Shown: piece by piece, positions 12,518-24,500 of the stretch
Numbering within the stretch: the first letter of the stretch is position 1
Layout: each line of letters starts with the position of its first letter
NCBI GenBank assembly: GCA_040954595.2
Contig: CM082577.2
Coordinates: 12,779,903 to 12,843,902, forward strand
DNA: 64,000 nt
Origin: Balanoglossus misakiensis
Taxonomy: Eukaryota > Animalia > Hemichordata
Direction: 5' to 3'
Notes under the pieces: model-generated
The model's database searches: none
Told to the model about the DNA's origin: nothing
The model's input: only the letters and a program-made list of their open reading frames with translations
Program-made: the position numbers and the translations under genes

Positions 12518-13576
12518 TCAACGGCGGAGAGCTTTATCGATTGCCTTGATGCACTGTTTTGACCACACGTCGCGCTCGGCGGATCGCGGGAAATCGTGGG
12601 ATTATATTACCATGGCCTGTGCGTCGCATTTTAATTGGTCGAGATGAACGACGTCACTGACCACAAATACTCAGTAATGGTTTGTTTACATCCCCGTAAA
12701 TCTGAATAGTAATATTAGCAAACAGTTAAGTGAATACAAAATTTTGCGTAACACAAGTTCCGGGGCCCCTAGTGGGACATTTTCGTAAATTTTGACGGTT
12801 TTCTTGATTTTGTTGGTAATATAATGGAAATAACCGACTCCGCCCTGACCATAAACGTTTGTTTATGGGCGCGGGCTCGAGGAAAGCCAAAATTCATGGG
12901 CGAGGCTTCCGAGCCCATGAATTTTTGGCTTTCCCTCGCCCTTGCCCATAAACAAACGTTAATGGTCAGGGCGTCGTCCATTATTTCTAAAATATTTTCG
13001 GAAAGTTGCTCCTTCAACTTTCTTAAGCCTTCTGGGACTTAACTTCAATTTCTGTTTGGTACCCCCAAACACACGCCCTGTGCAATTACGTCCGGCGCGT
13101 TCACTCGGCGAATAAACCATAAACACAAGGTTCTTGGCAAAGTTGCCTATAGAGCAACTTACGACCTTACACCGGTCTATATATGATTCTGGTATGAGAA
13201 CATCCCCGGTGATAGGAGGGAACCATAGTGGAGGCGGAGTAGTCTCAATCATCCCCGTTGTCTGCGGAGACGTGAGAATCGGCTGTACTGCCGGCTGTAG
13301 TGTAGTTTGGAACGGTGGTGTAATATCAGCGGCTGGGCGTGGTGGGAGTGGTGTTGGTGGCAAGGTGGGCGCTGGTGGAATCGGCGGGGGCATGATCATA
13401 GTGCCTAATCGAATGAATTGAACGATCGTTACACACATTATTGTCGCAGTGAACGGACGCGCGTATACGTGTTGTCGATCACAGACAACAGTGTGGTCGA
13501 TACTCTGACTGATTTGTCTTAGTTTCTCTGTTTGGGAAATGGATGAAGTCACATTATTGTGCTTTGTAAGACGCAA
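12518..13576 (-). pseudogene. BEN-domain protein (Pro-rich N-terminal part), interrupted by an insertion at ~12601-12990
   Basis: SIGNFAKNLVFMVYSPSERAGRNCTGRVFGGTKQKLKLSPRRLKKVEGATFRKY (to ~12990) continues after the insertion as ...SAERDVWSKQCIKAIDKALRR* (12600-12518), matching the BEN domain helices. Confidence 0.75.
12601..12990 (+). mobile_element. Non-autonomous hairpin-ended element (short subterminal inverted repeat plus ~160-bp terminal palindrome)
   Basis: 12-bp inverted repeat attatattacca (12601-12612) / tggtaatataat (12814-12825), then a palindrome at 12827-12987. It splits the BEN ORF. Confidence 0.75.
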
Positions 13577-14677
13577 ATTACAATACTAGTATGTATCTAA
13601 TATTTGAGTCATAGATTGTTCTTGTTTTCATGAGCCTGACACTCAGAACTATGACCCTAGGATCCTAGTGACCGGCGCATCAAATTGTATTTTTAAAACA
13701 AATCACAGACAAAAATGTACTGACTTCAGAAGTTTTTGTTCATTGAGTTCACACATTTTTTATTTTGAAGTACTGACGAACAAAAAGGTGATAACAACCT
13801 GAAGAACGTGGCTGGCCGAGCATAAACATGTAACACCCGTGGACGCTGGGAGATACACGGTACAGAGAAAGCGGGTAGATTTTTACTCTGAAACAAAGAT
13901 AAGCTTTAATAGATGCAGTGTATCACTATTTCCTAAATTTACATCACGACCGCGCAACGTAACTGCGGTCCATTGCATGTAAGTGTGCGGGCATCTACAC
14001 CAAAAACAGCGACACGGTGCCGTTACAATTATTGCAGCTAAATATAAACACAAGAAAACACGAATCGCGATCTGTGGATTCCCTGGATATGATTTTGAAT
14101 CTGCAATAGACTCTATAGTTTTGGAGATCATGTTGAGGAGAAAAACTTGATCGCACAAATTAGTGAAAAATACATTTATGGGGTAGCCGGTACGATCCTA
14201 CTGACCAAAGGCTACCTCCCGGGGCCCACCCCATTCACACCTGTGATTTACTAATGTGCAGGCAGGTCATCAGTAGGCTTTCTTTTTCCTGTTATGCAGA
14301 TTATTCTTCATTGTTGATTTCATATGAGTATCAATGCGTATGACTGCTCGCAGTATACTCTCGGTCTTATTTGTTCTGACTTTTTCGTCCATAATCTGAC
14401 TACGTCCGCGACCCTTGTGGAGTGACCGTGATTCAACCAAGCGAAAATAGCTACCCATCACTCTTATTATTGCAGCTATGCTAGTTATAAACACATTCGC
14501 AATTTTGATCGTGACATAGGCCATATATACTTTTAAATTTAAAAGGAAAAAGGAAACTTTTACTTTTGATGCATTAATTTACGAGCAGTGATTTAAGTGT
14601 GAAAAATAAAAGTACGTTCGAAGCCCTCGCTGTTTCTTCTGACAGTGGTATAGCCTCAGCGGGTTTTCCCGCTCTGC

Positions 14678-14779
14678 ACTCGGATAGAAAGCAGAAAATC
14701 CACAATGTCTGACAGGTGACAGGTAGTAACTCGGATAGAAAGCAGAAATGTAAGGAAAATCCACAATGTCTGACAGGTG
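14678..14779. repeat. Short tandem duplication (~45-bp unit x2)
   Basis: actcggatagaaagcagaaa...tccacaatgtctgacaggtg occurs twice. Confidence 0.8.
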
Positions 14780-15072
14780 GTCAGTTTGTACAATGAGTAT
14801 CTCTCATGACGAATCCTTTATCTTCGAAAGAGACCACTTCAAATTGGGAGAAACAATTAGGTGTTAACGATAATGGCGTTGCTTTGGTTTTTTTTTCTGT
14901 GCTGAAAGGCATTTTTGTATTGGGGTAAAGAAAATTGTGTACAAATTATTACACGTCACATTTGTCGACTCCTGTATTTCAAAACACACGGTACCACAAA
15001 CGAGAACATGCACGGCTCCCCTCACTGCCAGTCCCACTGACATCGCCCCTTTACTGAACTAGGCAACAATGA

Positions 15073-15222
15073 GTCAGGGGGGCCTAGAGCCAAGTTTAGT
15101 TGGGCCATTACCGATAAGTACCGAAACGACTGGGGTGTCGGGGCCGAACAGACCGGGGTCGTGAAAATTGGGGGCCGAAACGATTGGGATCGAAAATCGT
15201 TTGGGCCGAAACGACCCGTTAC
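15073..15222. repeat. Short repeat-rich element fragment ((g)ccgaaacga motif array)
   Basis: Several ccgaaacga / gggccgaa units, as seen in subterminal arrays of non-autonomous DNA elements. Confidence 0.45.
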
Positions 15223-16309
15223 CGTATTGACAAACCGATAATCCTCGCAAACATCGGTCGTATTTAAAGTACAAAGGATCTTTTCCTTTTTGTTGTTGTT
15301 GCTCGATGGATCATTATTCAGAAGGTCTATTTGAACATGCACGTCTCTATGGCTTCTCAGTGTACATGTATATATAGACTGTGCCGTGTCGATGGTTTCT
15401 GGTCATTTGTTTGTGTGGCAACGAGTTTCAATAAGTTATATTTGCATATCGAGAGAGTGTGTTCTGCATTAAAGTTTCCGCCCCAAACACTAGATTACTG
15501 AATAAGTTCAGAGCTGATTCTCGACTTTAGTAGTTCCGACATCGATGCATTTTCCCTATTATTTTTCACATGTTCTAAAATAAAAAGAAATGTTACTTCA
15601 CAATAGTGTCATACATGTATGTGTGCACCTGTATCTAACTCACTGACGGTGAGTTTAAGATCTACTTAAACTGGCATTGAATATGGCTGGAGTCTATGCA
15701 ATAGTTTGACAGAATGAGCACAAGCTAGACATTTCATAGTTATTCAGGAGTGCTTGTTTGATGCGGATTGTATGTTGTTACATGGAGGTGGGACGGAAAG
15801 GAACTACACCTGCTACTCTTGTTTTTGAGGCAAGTCTGTGATTCCACTTGTTTACCGAGTAAACACGACTGTTTATTGGCAAGGCTACTCGCATGTGGCT
15901 GACAACAAAAGGAAATCAATAAAATAAAAGTTTGATACACGAAGAATGCAATCAGAACACAATATTCATTCTATTGTTTTGAGAATATCCATCTAATTTA
16001 TCAGGCGATGAAACAGGTAGAGAGTCCCTGCGTTAGACCATAGCTACGCGCGATTGTACAATCATGTATTAAAACAAACATGGCGTCGATCGACGACATC
16101 ACATCACGAAGAGAGATCGAGTCACAGTCCGATCGAGTAATGGAGGTAGAACCCCAGGCAAACGCGAACGATCTTACATGTTTGCTAACTTTGATGATTA
16201 GGTTGCAATGATCAATCTAGGCCCGATCAAGAAGACTGAGCTAGAATTTGTCGTGGTAAACCATGACACATTGATTACATCTCGGACACATGCAGACCAT
16301 CTCTTTTTA

Positions 16310-16833
16310 GGCTGCATTCACAAACACCTCTGGAGGGGGGGGGGCGGGAGAATTCAATTTTTTTTACCGCTAATTTTCACATGCCCCCCTTCCGAACTGC
16401 CAATATTTTCAAATCCCCCCCTTCCGAACTGCCAAAATTTTGAAATCCCCCCCATTTTCTTTCACAGAGCAAAACACTTGTTGGGGAGGACAAATTTAAC
16501 CGTCGCCACTCAAAGTTATCATGGGGTGGGGGCAAGTCCCCTGACCTGGGACACTAGATAAACCAGTAAATGATTGAAAGGTGTTGATGAATGGAGGGGG
16601 TGGGTGTGGGAGGGGGTGTCCCCCTCCCACATTAGAAAATTTTGTAAAATAAAGGGTGCGAAACTGCATTTTTGTGGACTCAAAATAAATATTTAGTCGT
16701 TAAAGTTTTCAAGTCCCCCCCCTTTCAGTCCCTAAATTATTTCAAATCCCCCCCCTTACATACCCTCAATTTTTTCAAATCCCCCCCTCAATTCTCCTGC
16801 CCCCCCCCTCCAGAGGTGTTTGTGAATGCAGCC
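16310..16833. mobile_element. PIF/Harbinger-type MITE
   Basis: TIR ggctgcattcacaaacacctctggaggggggg / cccccctccagaggtgtttgtgaatgcagcc with a TTA target-site duplication. Second copy at 35083-35841. Confidence 0.88.
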
Positions 16834-17783
16834 TTACGTCCATGTGCAGACACACACGAAACGTCTAATTTATTCCGACGGGTGACATGCTAGCCCAATT
16901 CTTAACTCCAGAATTCTCAAACATGCCTTCTTCTCATTCTAAGACTGACAGACTTCTCATGTGTTCATTCGGGCCCGCCAAACACAGCAAGCGCAGCGGG
17001 CCCATGGGCTAGCTGGGCCCGGTGGGCCCGGTGGGCCCGAATGTGGGCCCACCAAACACATTTAATTAGCAAGCCCTGCGGGCCCATGGGCCTGCTGGGC
17101 CCGGAGGGACCGAGCCCCCTGGCGCGCGCAGCAAGCCACTGAGCGCGCCAGGCAAGCGCGCCATGTGCAGGACATTCAGTCTGTAGTGTATATGACGCAT
17201 GTCTGGTACATGTATACAAATTTAAACGATGCAATTATCCTTAAATTACATATGCCGGGTCTTTAGAAATTTTCTGATTGACTATTAGTCAATACGGGAG
17301 ACCAGCGGAATTCAGGGATTACATGACTGCTTCTAGGATATCAATATTTGTCCCTCCACACTGTGGCAGGACTATAGTCTTTGTCATAGATTTGAAATTG
17401 CGATAAGTACTCAATTCAACAGAGTGCAACAGGTCTTGTTTAAAGGTGGTGACTGGTTTCCTTCTAGAGAGCACGCGCCTCGAAAATCGATCAACACCAT
17501 AAACGTTTTCTCATATTTTGTTCAAGCCAACTTTGGGCTATTCTCCTTAAAATTGATAGTAGAAATTTGGGATTACTGTACAAAACGTTAAAAGAGCAAA
17601 ATTTGTTTTAAAATGGCAGCCAATCTCTGCGTTTACTCAGACTATGGCGAAAACAAAGTAGTGAACCGTTGCCTTGCTAGTAGAGAGATTCAAATAAAAT
17701 CCTTGTGGAAAAAACTTGAGTGATCTGTGTCAGTTTTATTTACTTTCACTTGTCAGTAGCAGCGTAGTGTCGTTCGAGATATG

Positions 17784-17796
17784 CGGAAGTGACGTA
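17784..17796 (+). promoter_or_regulatory. Overlapping ETS-CRE motif (CGGAAGTGACGTA) in the putative arylsulfatase promoter
   Basis: Lies ~230 bp upstream of a likely non-coding first-exon donor (caacag|gtaagg at 18025/18026). Confidence 0.45.
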
Positions 17797-18548
17797 AGAG
17801 GCTACGTTCCAAAAGCTGTCTGCTAGAAGGTCAAAGTTCACGGGATGTCTCTCGAACGCAAATGATAAGCTGACATTAGACTCCCTTTTTTCCAAAACAA
17901 ATACTCCTAAACACACTCCAATGTGGCGATGGGTAGTATTAGAATGCAACAGAGACGGTTGCGGCGGCTTTGAGTCATCACCATCTTTCTTTCTACAGGC
18001 GTTTATCAACATGAATATTCAACAGGTAAGGAATATGATTGTCATTTTCTGCCTGTTAACCACAAATTTATCACCGCCGTGTAGTGACCACAGCTTTTTG
18101 ATATTATCATTTTCTAAGTCATTAAATTTATTGATATACTTCTAATCTAATACACTCATATTTGTTTAATGCCCATTATGGTTGCCATATTTTTTGTTGT
18201 TTATCGCTAACTCTCTAGCAGATGGTTCCATATTGTCGTATCAATCGATCTCTTACGAAACCGAACCGGGATATGACTTTAAATGGGCCCTCAACTGAAG
18301 GCATGAAGCATTACAGCTCTGATCTGCAAAGCAACGCGGGTGAGGCGTCCAGTACACGAAGTTGGCCCACGGCCGCCACATTCTCCTCTGGGAGTCGTTT
18401 ACTGTTTCTGGAATCACGTCAATTACATTTTTAGAAAATTCGCGCGTTCTTGCTGGCAAAATTTGTCGTCGGTGTTTGTGAACGTGTCGGCAGCACGATA
18501 ACGCAGCACTAACCCACTTTTTTTCGCTTCGTTTTCAGTTCCTCCAAG

Positions 18549-21500
18549 ATGATCGGTTTTACGGCAAGGCTTCTACTTGTCATGCTGGCCATAGAGCTTA
18601 CTTTGGGTAAGTATTGAACATTAAATTGCGCCAGCTGTCCCACGTACACTCTATTTCCGCGGGAAAGTGACCAGGGCTCTGACGTAGTATACTGTCACTG
18701 ACCGCCTCCCTGGACAATACCGCAATTCACGGCAGAGGCCGCTCCAAATCACGGAGGGTGGCCGAAGACTTGCCAAAAATATGGTATCGCTCATAAACCA
18801 TATTGTAACGATGTTGATATTTTGTCTTCATTTGTTAGCTTCCATTTTTCCGACCACGCTTAAAATGCAGACATTCTGTTGGCAATAACAAGCTTTATAT
18901 TCAAATTATGTTTTTTTTGGAAAACAATGTTTTTAAAGAGATAACTTCTTTCTTTTCGTTAGTAACTGTAGCAATGTGACGACATCTGATCTCGGAAAAC
19001 ACTGAGTTTAAGAGGCATTCATTTGATGATCCCACGACAGTGTCCAGTTTTAGTGTTTCAGAAGTTGCATATCTCAATTACTTCATCGGTAAATAAGAAC
19101 TCCGTTGCCTACAGCAAGTCTCTGTTTACTATTAATACATTTACTACGTTCAAATGCCAAAATATTACATACACCAGAATCAGACTATGTCACTTTTTAC
19201 ACAGCTGAATCGTCCGACTCGGAAAACTCGGAATCTTCTGAGTGTGCCGAATCACCACAACGAACACATGTTGTGTACCTGATTGCAGATGACTTAGGTG
19301 AGTCACTCATCCACAGCTTATAGAGTTGGCGTGAACAAAGTTTTTTTCTCGCGACTTTGAGTTGACCGTCAGCCCGACAGAACCGCTCGAAAATTCATTT
19401 GTTCATCCAGAGATCTCAAGACATTTTGGTGCCCTTTTACCAGTGTCGCTCGGCACGATATCGTTTTTTCGGCGCTAAACTAACAACAAAGTATAAGGGA
19501 CAGTGTAACACCGTCATCAACCCCGGGCCTATTCACTGATAAAGGCTTCACGTTGTCTACCCCTAGGTTGGAATGATGTCAGCTGGCATGACGAGAGCAT
19601 GATAACGCCGAACCTACAGCGACTTGCCGACGAAGGTGTCATCCTAGAAAACTTCTATACCGAAAGCCTGTGCTCGCCGTAAGTGATTTTGCAGACCCAT
19701 GCGTATACGGTTAGCAAAAATTGAGTACTAAGAAGTCACTGTACGATTACAGTCACCGAATGTCCGTACGCATTGCCAACTTATTTACACACGGAGATCG
19801 ACAGCTTATATGTTCCCGCCTAATGTTTTGACGACAAACGACGTAAATGCCTACAAAATCGACAGCTTTAATACAATGCTGTATCTAACAGAAATAATTC
19901 CAGCCTTTTCCCCATGAACCCTGGGTCTCGCTTGCCAAAGGGTTTTGGCGTTTACCATTCAGAATGATTTCTCCACAGTACACGCAGCGCTCTCATGACC
20001 GGTTTCTATCCATCACGCACAGGGACACAGGTTAGAAAACACAATGCAATTTCATCAAGCGCAATATACTATACAGTTATAGTATAGTATTGGCGAATAT
20101 TTTGCTCGACCAGTTTCGCTTGTACTATATGTACATATTTGTCGTTATGTTAGGCTGTTGTCGTGTGCGTCAGCCATGACGAGACATGGGCGGATCAATG
20201 TTGTATATGGTTGGCCTTATGACAGATGCATTTGTGCTCTATTCCAAGAGCAAGCGCAATTTCTTCACCGGACCCGAAACATTCATCTGAAGGGTGAACC
20301 ATTTGATGTTCGGCGAAAGGGATTGGAGGATATGAAACAATGTTGCCAGCCAACTGTGTTGAAACTTGCATTTTCATGTCCACATAGGCAAATAGGTTGT
20401 TTCCACGAAGGCGCACACGGCACTTTACACAAAAAGCACACCTACCAGGTTAAAATTAACCTTCTTAAAATCTTTCCCGCTTTTTTTTTTAAATATCAGC
20501 ATCGGGTTTTCTTTCCGTGCGTACCGCACGGACTGCCCGCTAATTTGACGATACTGCCCGAGATATTCAAGGAAGTCGGCTACAAAACATACTACGTGGG
20601 CAAGTACGTAAAACTCTATTGCCGGTTCTTTTTTTGCTCTTGTTAACCATTAATGAGGGCAACGGACCATTGTCGCTTTGAACATGCATTTTATTCGCAA
20701 ATCCGTAAGAATTTCTATTTGCTAAACTGCCTAAGGTGCAAACTTTTCCAGTGTATGGTCGTACACGTTTGATTTGTTTGGAGCCCATGGTGCAAAATTG
20801 CATATACTTGTCTATACAGCATGCTAGCTTCAAAAAATGCGAATCGTCAATTTCCCGCCAGATATTGGCCATAGCTCTGACCACTCAACAACTTGCATTT
20901 TCCAGATGGCACTTGGGGTTCTGCAAGGAGGAGTACCTGCCCAACAGCCGTGGCGTTGACAAGTTCTACGGTTTCTACAACGGAGGAATGGATTTTTACA
21001 CTCACACCCTGTCGGAATTCGGTAAGGAATTTAGACAGTACGCCAAGCAACGCAACGTCATATTCTTTTACCGTGGCAAGCACGGCGATTCCCCTGGTCA
21101 GATAAGCCGATAACACATGAATTTTATTGTGTGTTTTTTTCAGGGCCATATGGAGCTGGAAAGTACTATGGTATAGACATGCGCGAGGAGATCGCGGGCC
21201 AGCCATCAATTCGAATCAATAACACAGTATATGCCACGGTATGTTTTCCTTATGATGAACATTAGACTTTACCCACATTTCCCTGAAATGAGATAATTCT
21301 TAGAATGGATGAAGCAGCCAACTGAAGCAAAGACTGGGCATGGCAGCAGCTGATGATCCTAGTAGGTCGTGGCGACTGCAGTGGAGTTTGCGCTGGAATG
21401 GGAGGACATATTCTCATCAAGGCGCGACGACCCCTTCCCTTCAAACTGTATGCTAGTGTGTTTCGATCTTATACGACATTTACGTCTAAATAATTCGTTT

Positions 21501-24500
21501 TGAAGAGGCTTTCCCTGACGTCCATCCTTCTCTCCCCTCCCTCTCTTCCCCCTCCGTCTTCCTCTCCCTCCCCAACCTCCCTTTTGTTTCGTATGCAACA
21601 GTTTTAATGGCTAAAAGACACGACATTTTCACGGTGTTAGCCGGAGACCACAGGACACAATACCATCACAACAAACAAACCACAAAGCTGCAATCTAGTA
21701 TCAAACTACGAGTATCTACCAACACTGAAACTGACGTTATTCATTTCATGTTCACAGTACCTTTACGAAGACAAAGTTATCGAGTACATCGATAGCCATG
21801 ACGCTTCTGAACCTATGTTTCTCATTATGTCGTTCCAACAAGTCCATTCACCTGCCCAGGTGAGTGCACGTGCAAGGCGAGGTCTTACCCGGGTATTAGA
21901 CTGTTGTCTGTCAGAGCCCGCCATCTGGCATAGTTTAGTTGTTTCTGTTTTAATAGCCGATAATAGTGATACTAATTTAGAGCAGAAATAATTGCCAGAA
22001 TGCAGTTTTGGTCGTTTACATTACGAAACATTTGAAAGTTCGTTGTAGGGAGACGGCGAGATGGTGGGTCTTCTCCCCGTCGCCTCATATGATATAGCAA
22101 CGTGGTAGTGCATGACCCGTTTGATTTGGAAGTACATGTATCATAATATTAAAAAATCGCCATTGTCAATTTTCTGTGTTGTATGCTAGCCTATCTTTAA
22201 AAGTAAAAAAGATTGACAAGTATAACTACAACGCTACTTCACTGTTTTATTTCTACGAAATGATTGTGTATCTATATGTGTGTGTGATTCCGCGAATTTG
22301 GAGTTTGTCATTATTTTCCTTTCATACTAGTAGTCAATGGTTATTCTCCAAACTGGAACACGTGGTAAACCAACTGGGATAGCCCCAGTCAACTCACATT
22401 CTAAATTCCCTCGGTCAACAGTCACATTGACATGGCCAGTTGTATCATCTATACAGGTACCACAAGAATATGCAGACATGTATGAAGACACCGTATCTGA
22501 CCTACTGCGAAGAAATTATTCAGGTAAGCAATTAATGCATTGTTCTTCACTTCAAATTAAAATTCGCATCCTGTCATTCCTAAAGCCTCTCGTCGGTTGT
22601 CCGACTTCTGTATCAGGACGGAAAGATAGCCCGGACGCCATTATAGCGACGGAACTGCTACACCATTCATCAAAGTCACAATATATTCAGGTGGATTAAT
22701 CAAGAATGGTCATTTTTGTTGGGGGGGGGGCAGTGGACAATACTCTGGAGACGTGTAACTGTATTCAGCTACAGTAAGGACAGACGATCTCGTTGTTGAA
22801 ATCTCGTCAGCATGTGACCACCAATTCGTATACAAATCTTAGCTTTCCCCGTTAGACAGTTAACATTAAGTTTTAATTTTAATTTCAAACTTCTTTCTGG
22901 TGATCATGTATTTAAGGCCAAGTTACAATAATGGATTCCGTAGTTGGCGTCATCCGCGCCAAGTTGGAAGAAAAGGGGATGTTTGAAGATTCCTTGATCA
23001 TATTCCATTCTGACGTTAGTAGATTCTACATTGTTTTTAATGGATGGACTGGTTCATTTCTGCGTTCCCATTTAACTAACCTGCGCGCTCAGAGATAGAG
23101 CCCGTTTTTATGCGCATGTGCGTCATTTGTGCAAATCCAAACGTTCTTCTAATTTTGCGTTCGGCGCATTCGAATAGTGGACTGCCTTCGCTTCCTTCAA
23201 TATTGCATGCACACTGTATTAAGTAGACTTTTATTAGCTTTGTCCCTTCTTTTTACCCGATTTGCTGTATTTCCCGATCACCGACACAGACCATACTCGC
23301 CGCCACCTTGTCTGTCGTTAGGACAGCACACTGCCTTATGGCATTGACTACATAGACTATCAAATGTTCGTAATGAAAGTCTATGCATGGTTCGGCACAT
23401 GCGCACCTCTCTTTTTGTAACAGAATGGGGGCGATGTCTTTTATGGCGCCAGCAATTGGCCGCTACGAGGAAACAAGGCCAGTCTCTTCGAAGGCGGATT
23501 AAAGTCAGTCGCGCTCGTGGCGGGAAAGGGAATCGAGAAGACAAGATACGTCAATCATGAGTAAGTAGATCACAGACATCTTTGTCGAACTGAGTAGATG
23601 TTAATTTAAAAATATTGTTTAAACTAGGATTCTTCCCTAGCTTCTAGGCCTATGCCTACGCTGAAACTTTTATGTAGACGATGATGAATACATATATGTT
23701 ACAGACTTTTGAAATGGACAAAAAATCTGCAGTGATGTGATTGCAAAGAAATGTCTTTCACATTCGCTCTGTTTTATAATATTAGATCTTTGAACATGTT
23801 TGCAGGTTGTACCATGTTACCGATATTTTTCCGTCTCTTGTGGAATCCGTCGCCAAGGCCAGCATAGACTGTGAGTAACTTAGGTTATACAATATTATAT
23901 TATATCATGCTACCATCCTCCATTCTGATCGGACGAAAGCTCAATCCAGCGATGTTAAGTACTCATATAGCACTGCTAAAACGGGCCCCTGAACTAGCAT
24001 GCGGCAGCAAAATGTGCGGTTGAACCACAGTCGCGTGGGATTAAACCAAATAAATAACATAAAAACACTTGAATTTACGGACGCTTTATTTTGGAACTGC
24101 TCTGCTCTGAATTTTTTGCACTTTTGTCACTTTTTGTCGTCTGCTTCATGTTTAATGCTCGATCCCGGTCCGCTCGTGTTTACATTCATCGTCGCCATGT
24201 TGGTTCACGATCGTAATTTCTTTTTCTGACGCTGTTTCGTTAAGAAAATGACACGAATATGCCACAAAATCAATTGTTGATATAATATAATAGCAATAAC
24301 CCCGGCCTCAGTCGGGCATACGCTCGACTTGGGTACAAATCGCTCCATATATGTCTCGAATTGCACCGAAATCTCGCATGCATGTCACATATGCAATCTG
24401 TTGAAAATTCAAATATCTATCATTTGCCACCGAGATACGCAACGGCACTTACGTGAGTGACGCACACAGTATTTATCGGCTGGTAATTTATTACACAAGT

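Larger units (their letters stand above)
10963..17188. mobile_element. CACTA/EnSpm-like DNA transposon, non-autonomous (~6.2 kb), carrying a BEN-domain ORF
   Basis: Perfect 21-bp terminal inverted repeats cactacagactgaatgtcctg (10963-10983 / 17168-17188), TA on both flanks, and GC-rich subterminal repeats (ggcgcgc, gggccc) at both ends. No transposase seen. Confidence 0.7.

Noticed and set aside
12447-12647. Poly-Lys ORF, or a possible retrocopy poly(A) tail for the BEN ORF
   Set aside because: Homopolymer artefact. The A-tract is on the opposite strand to BEN, so it cannot be its poly(A) tail.
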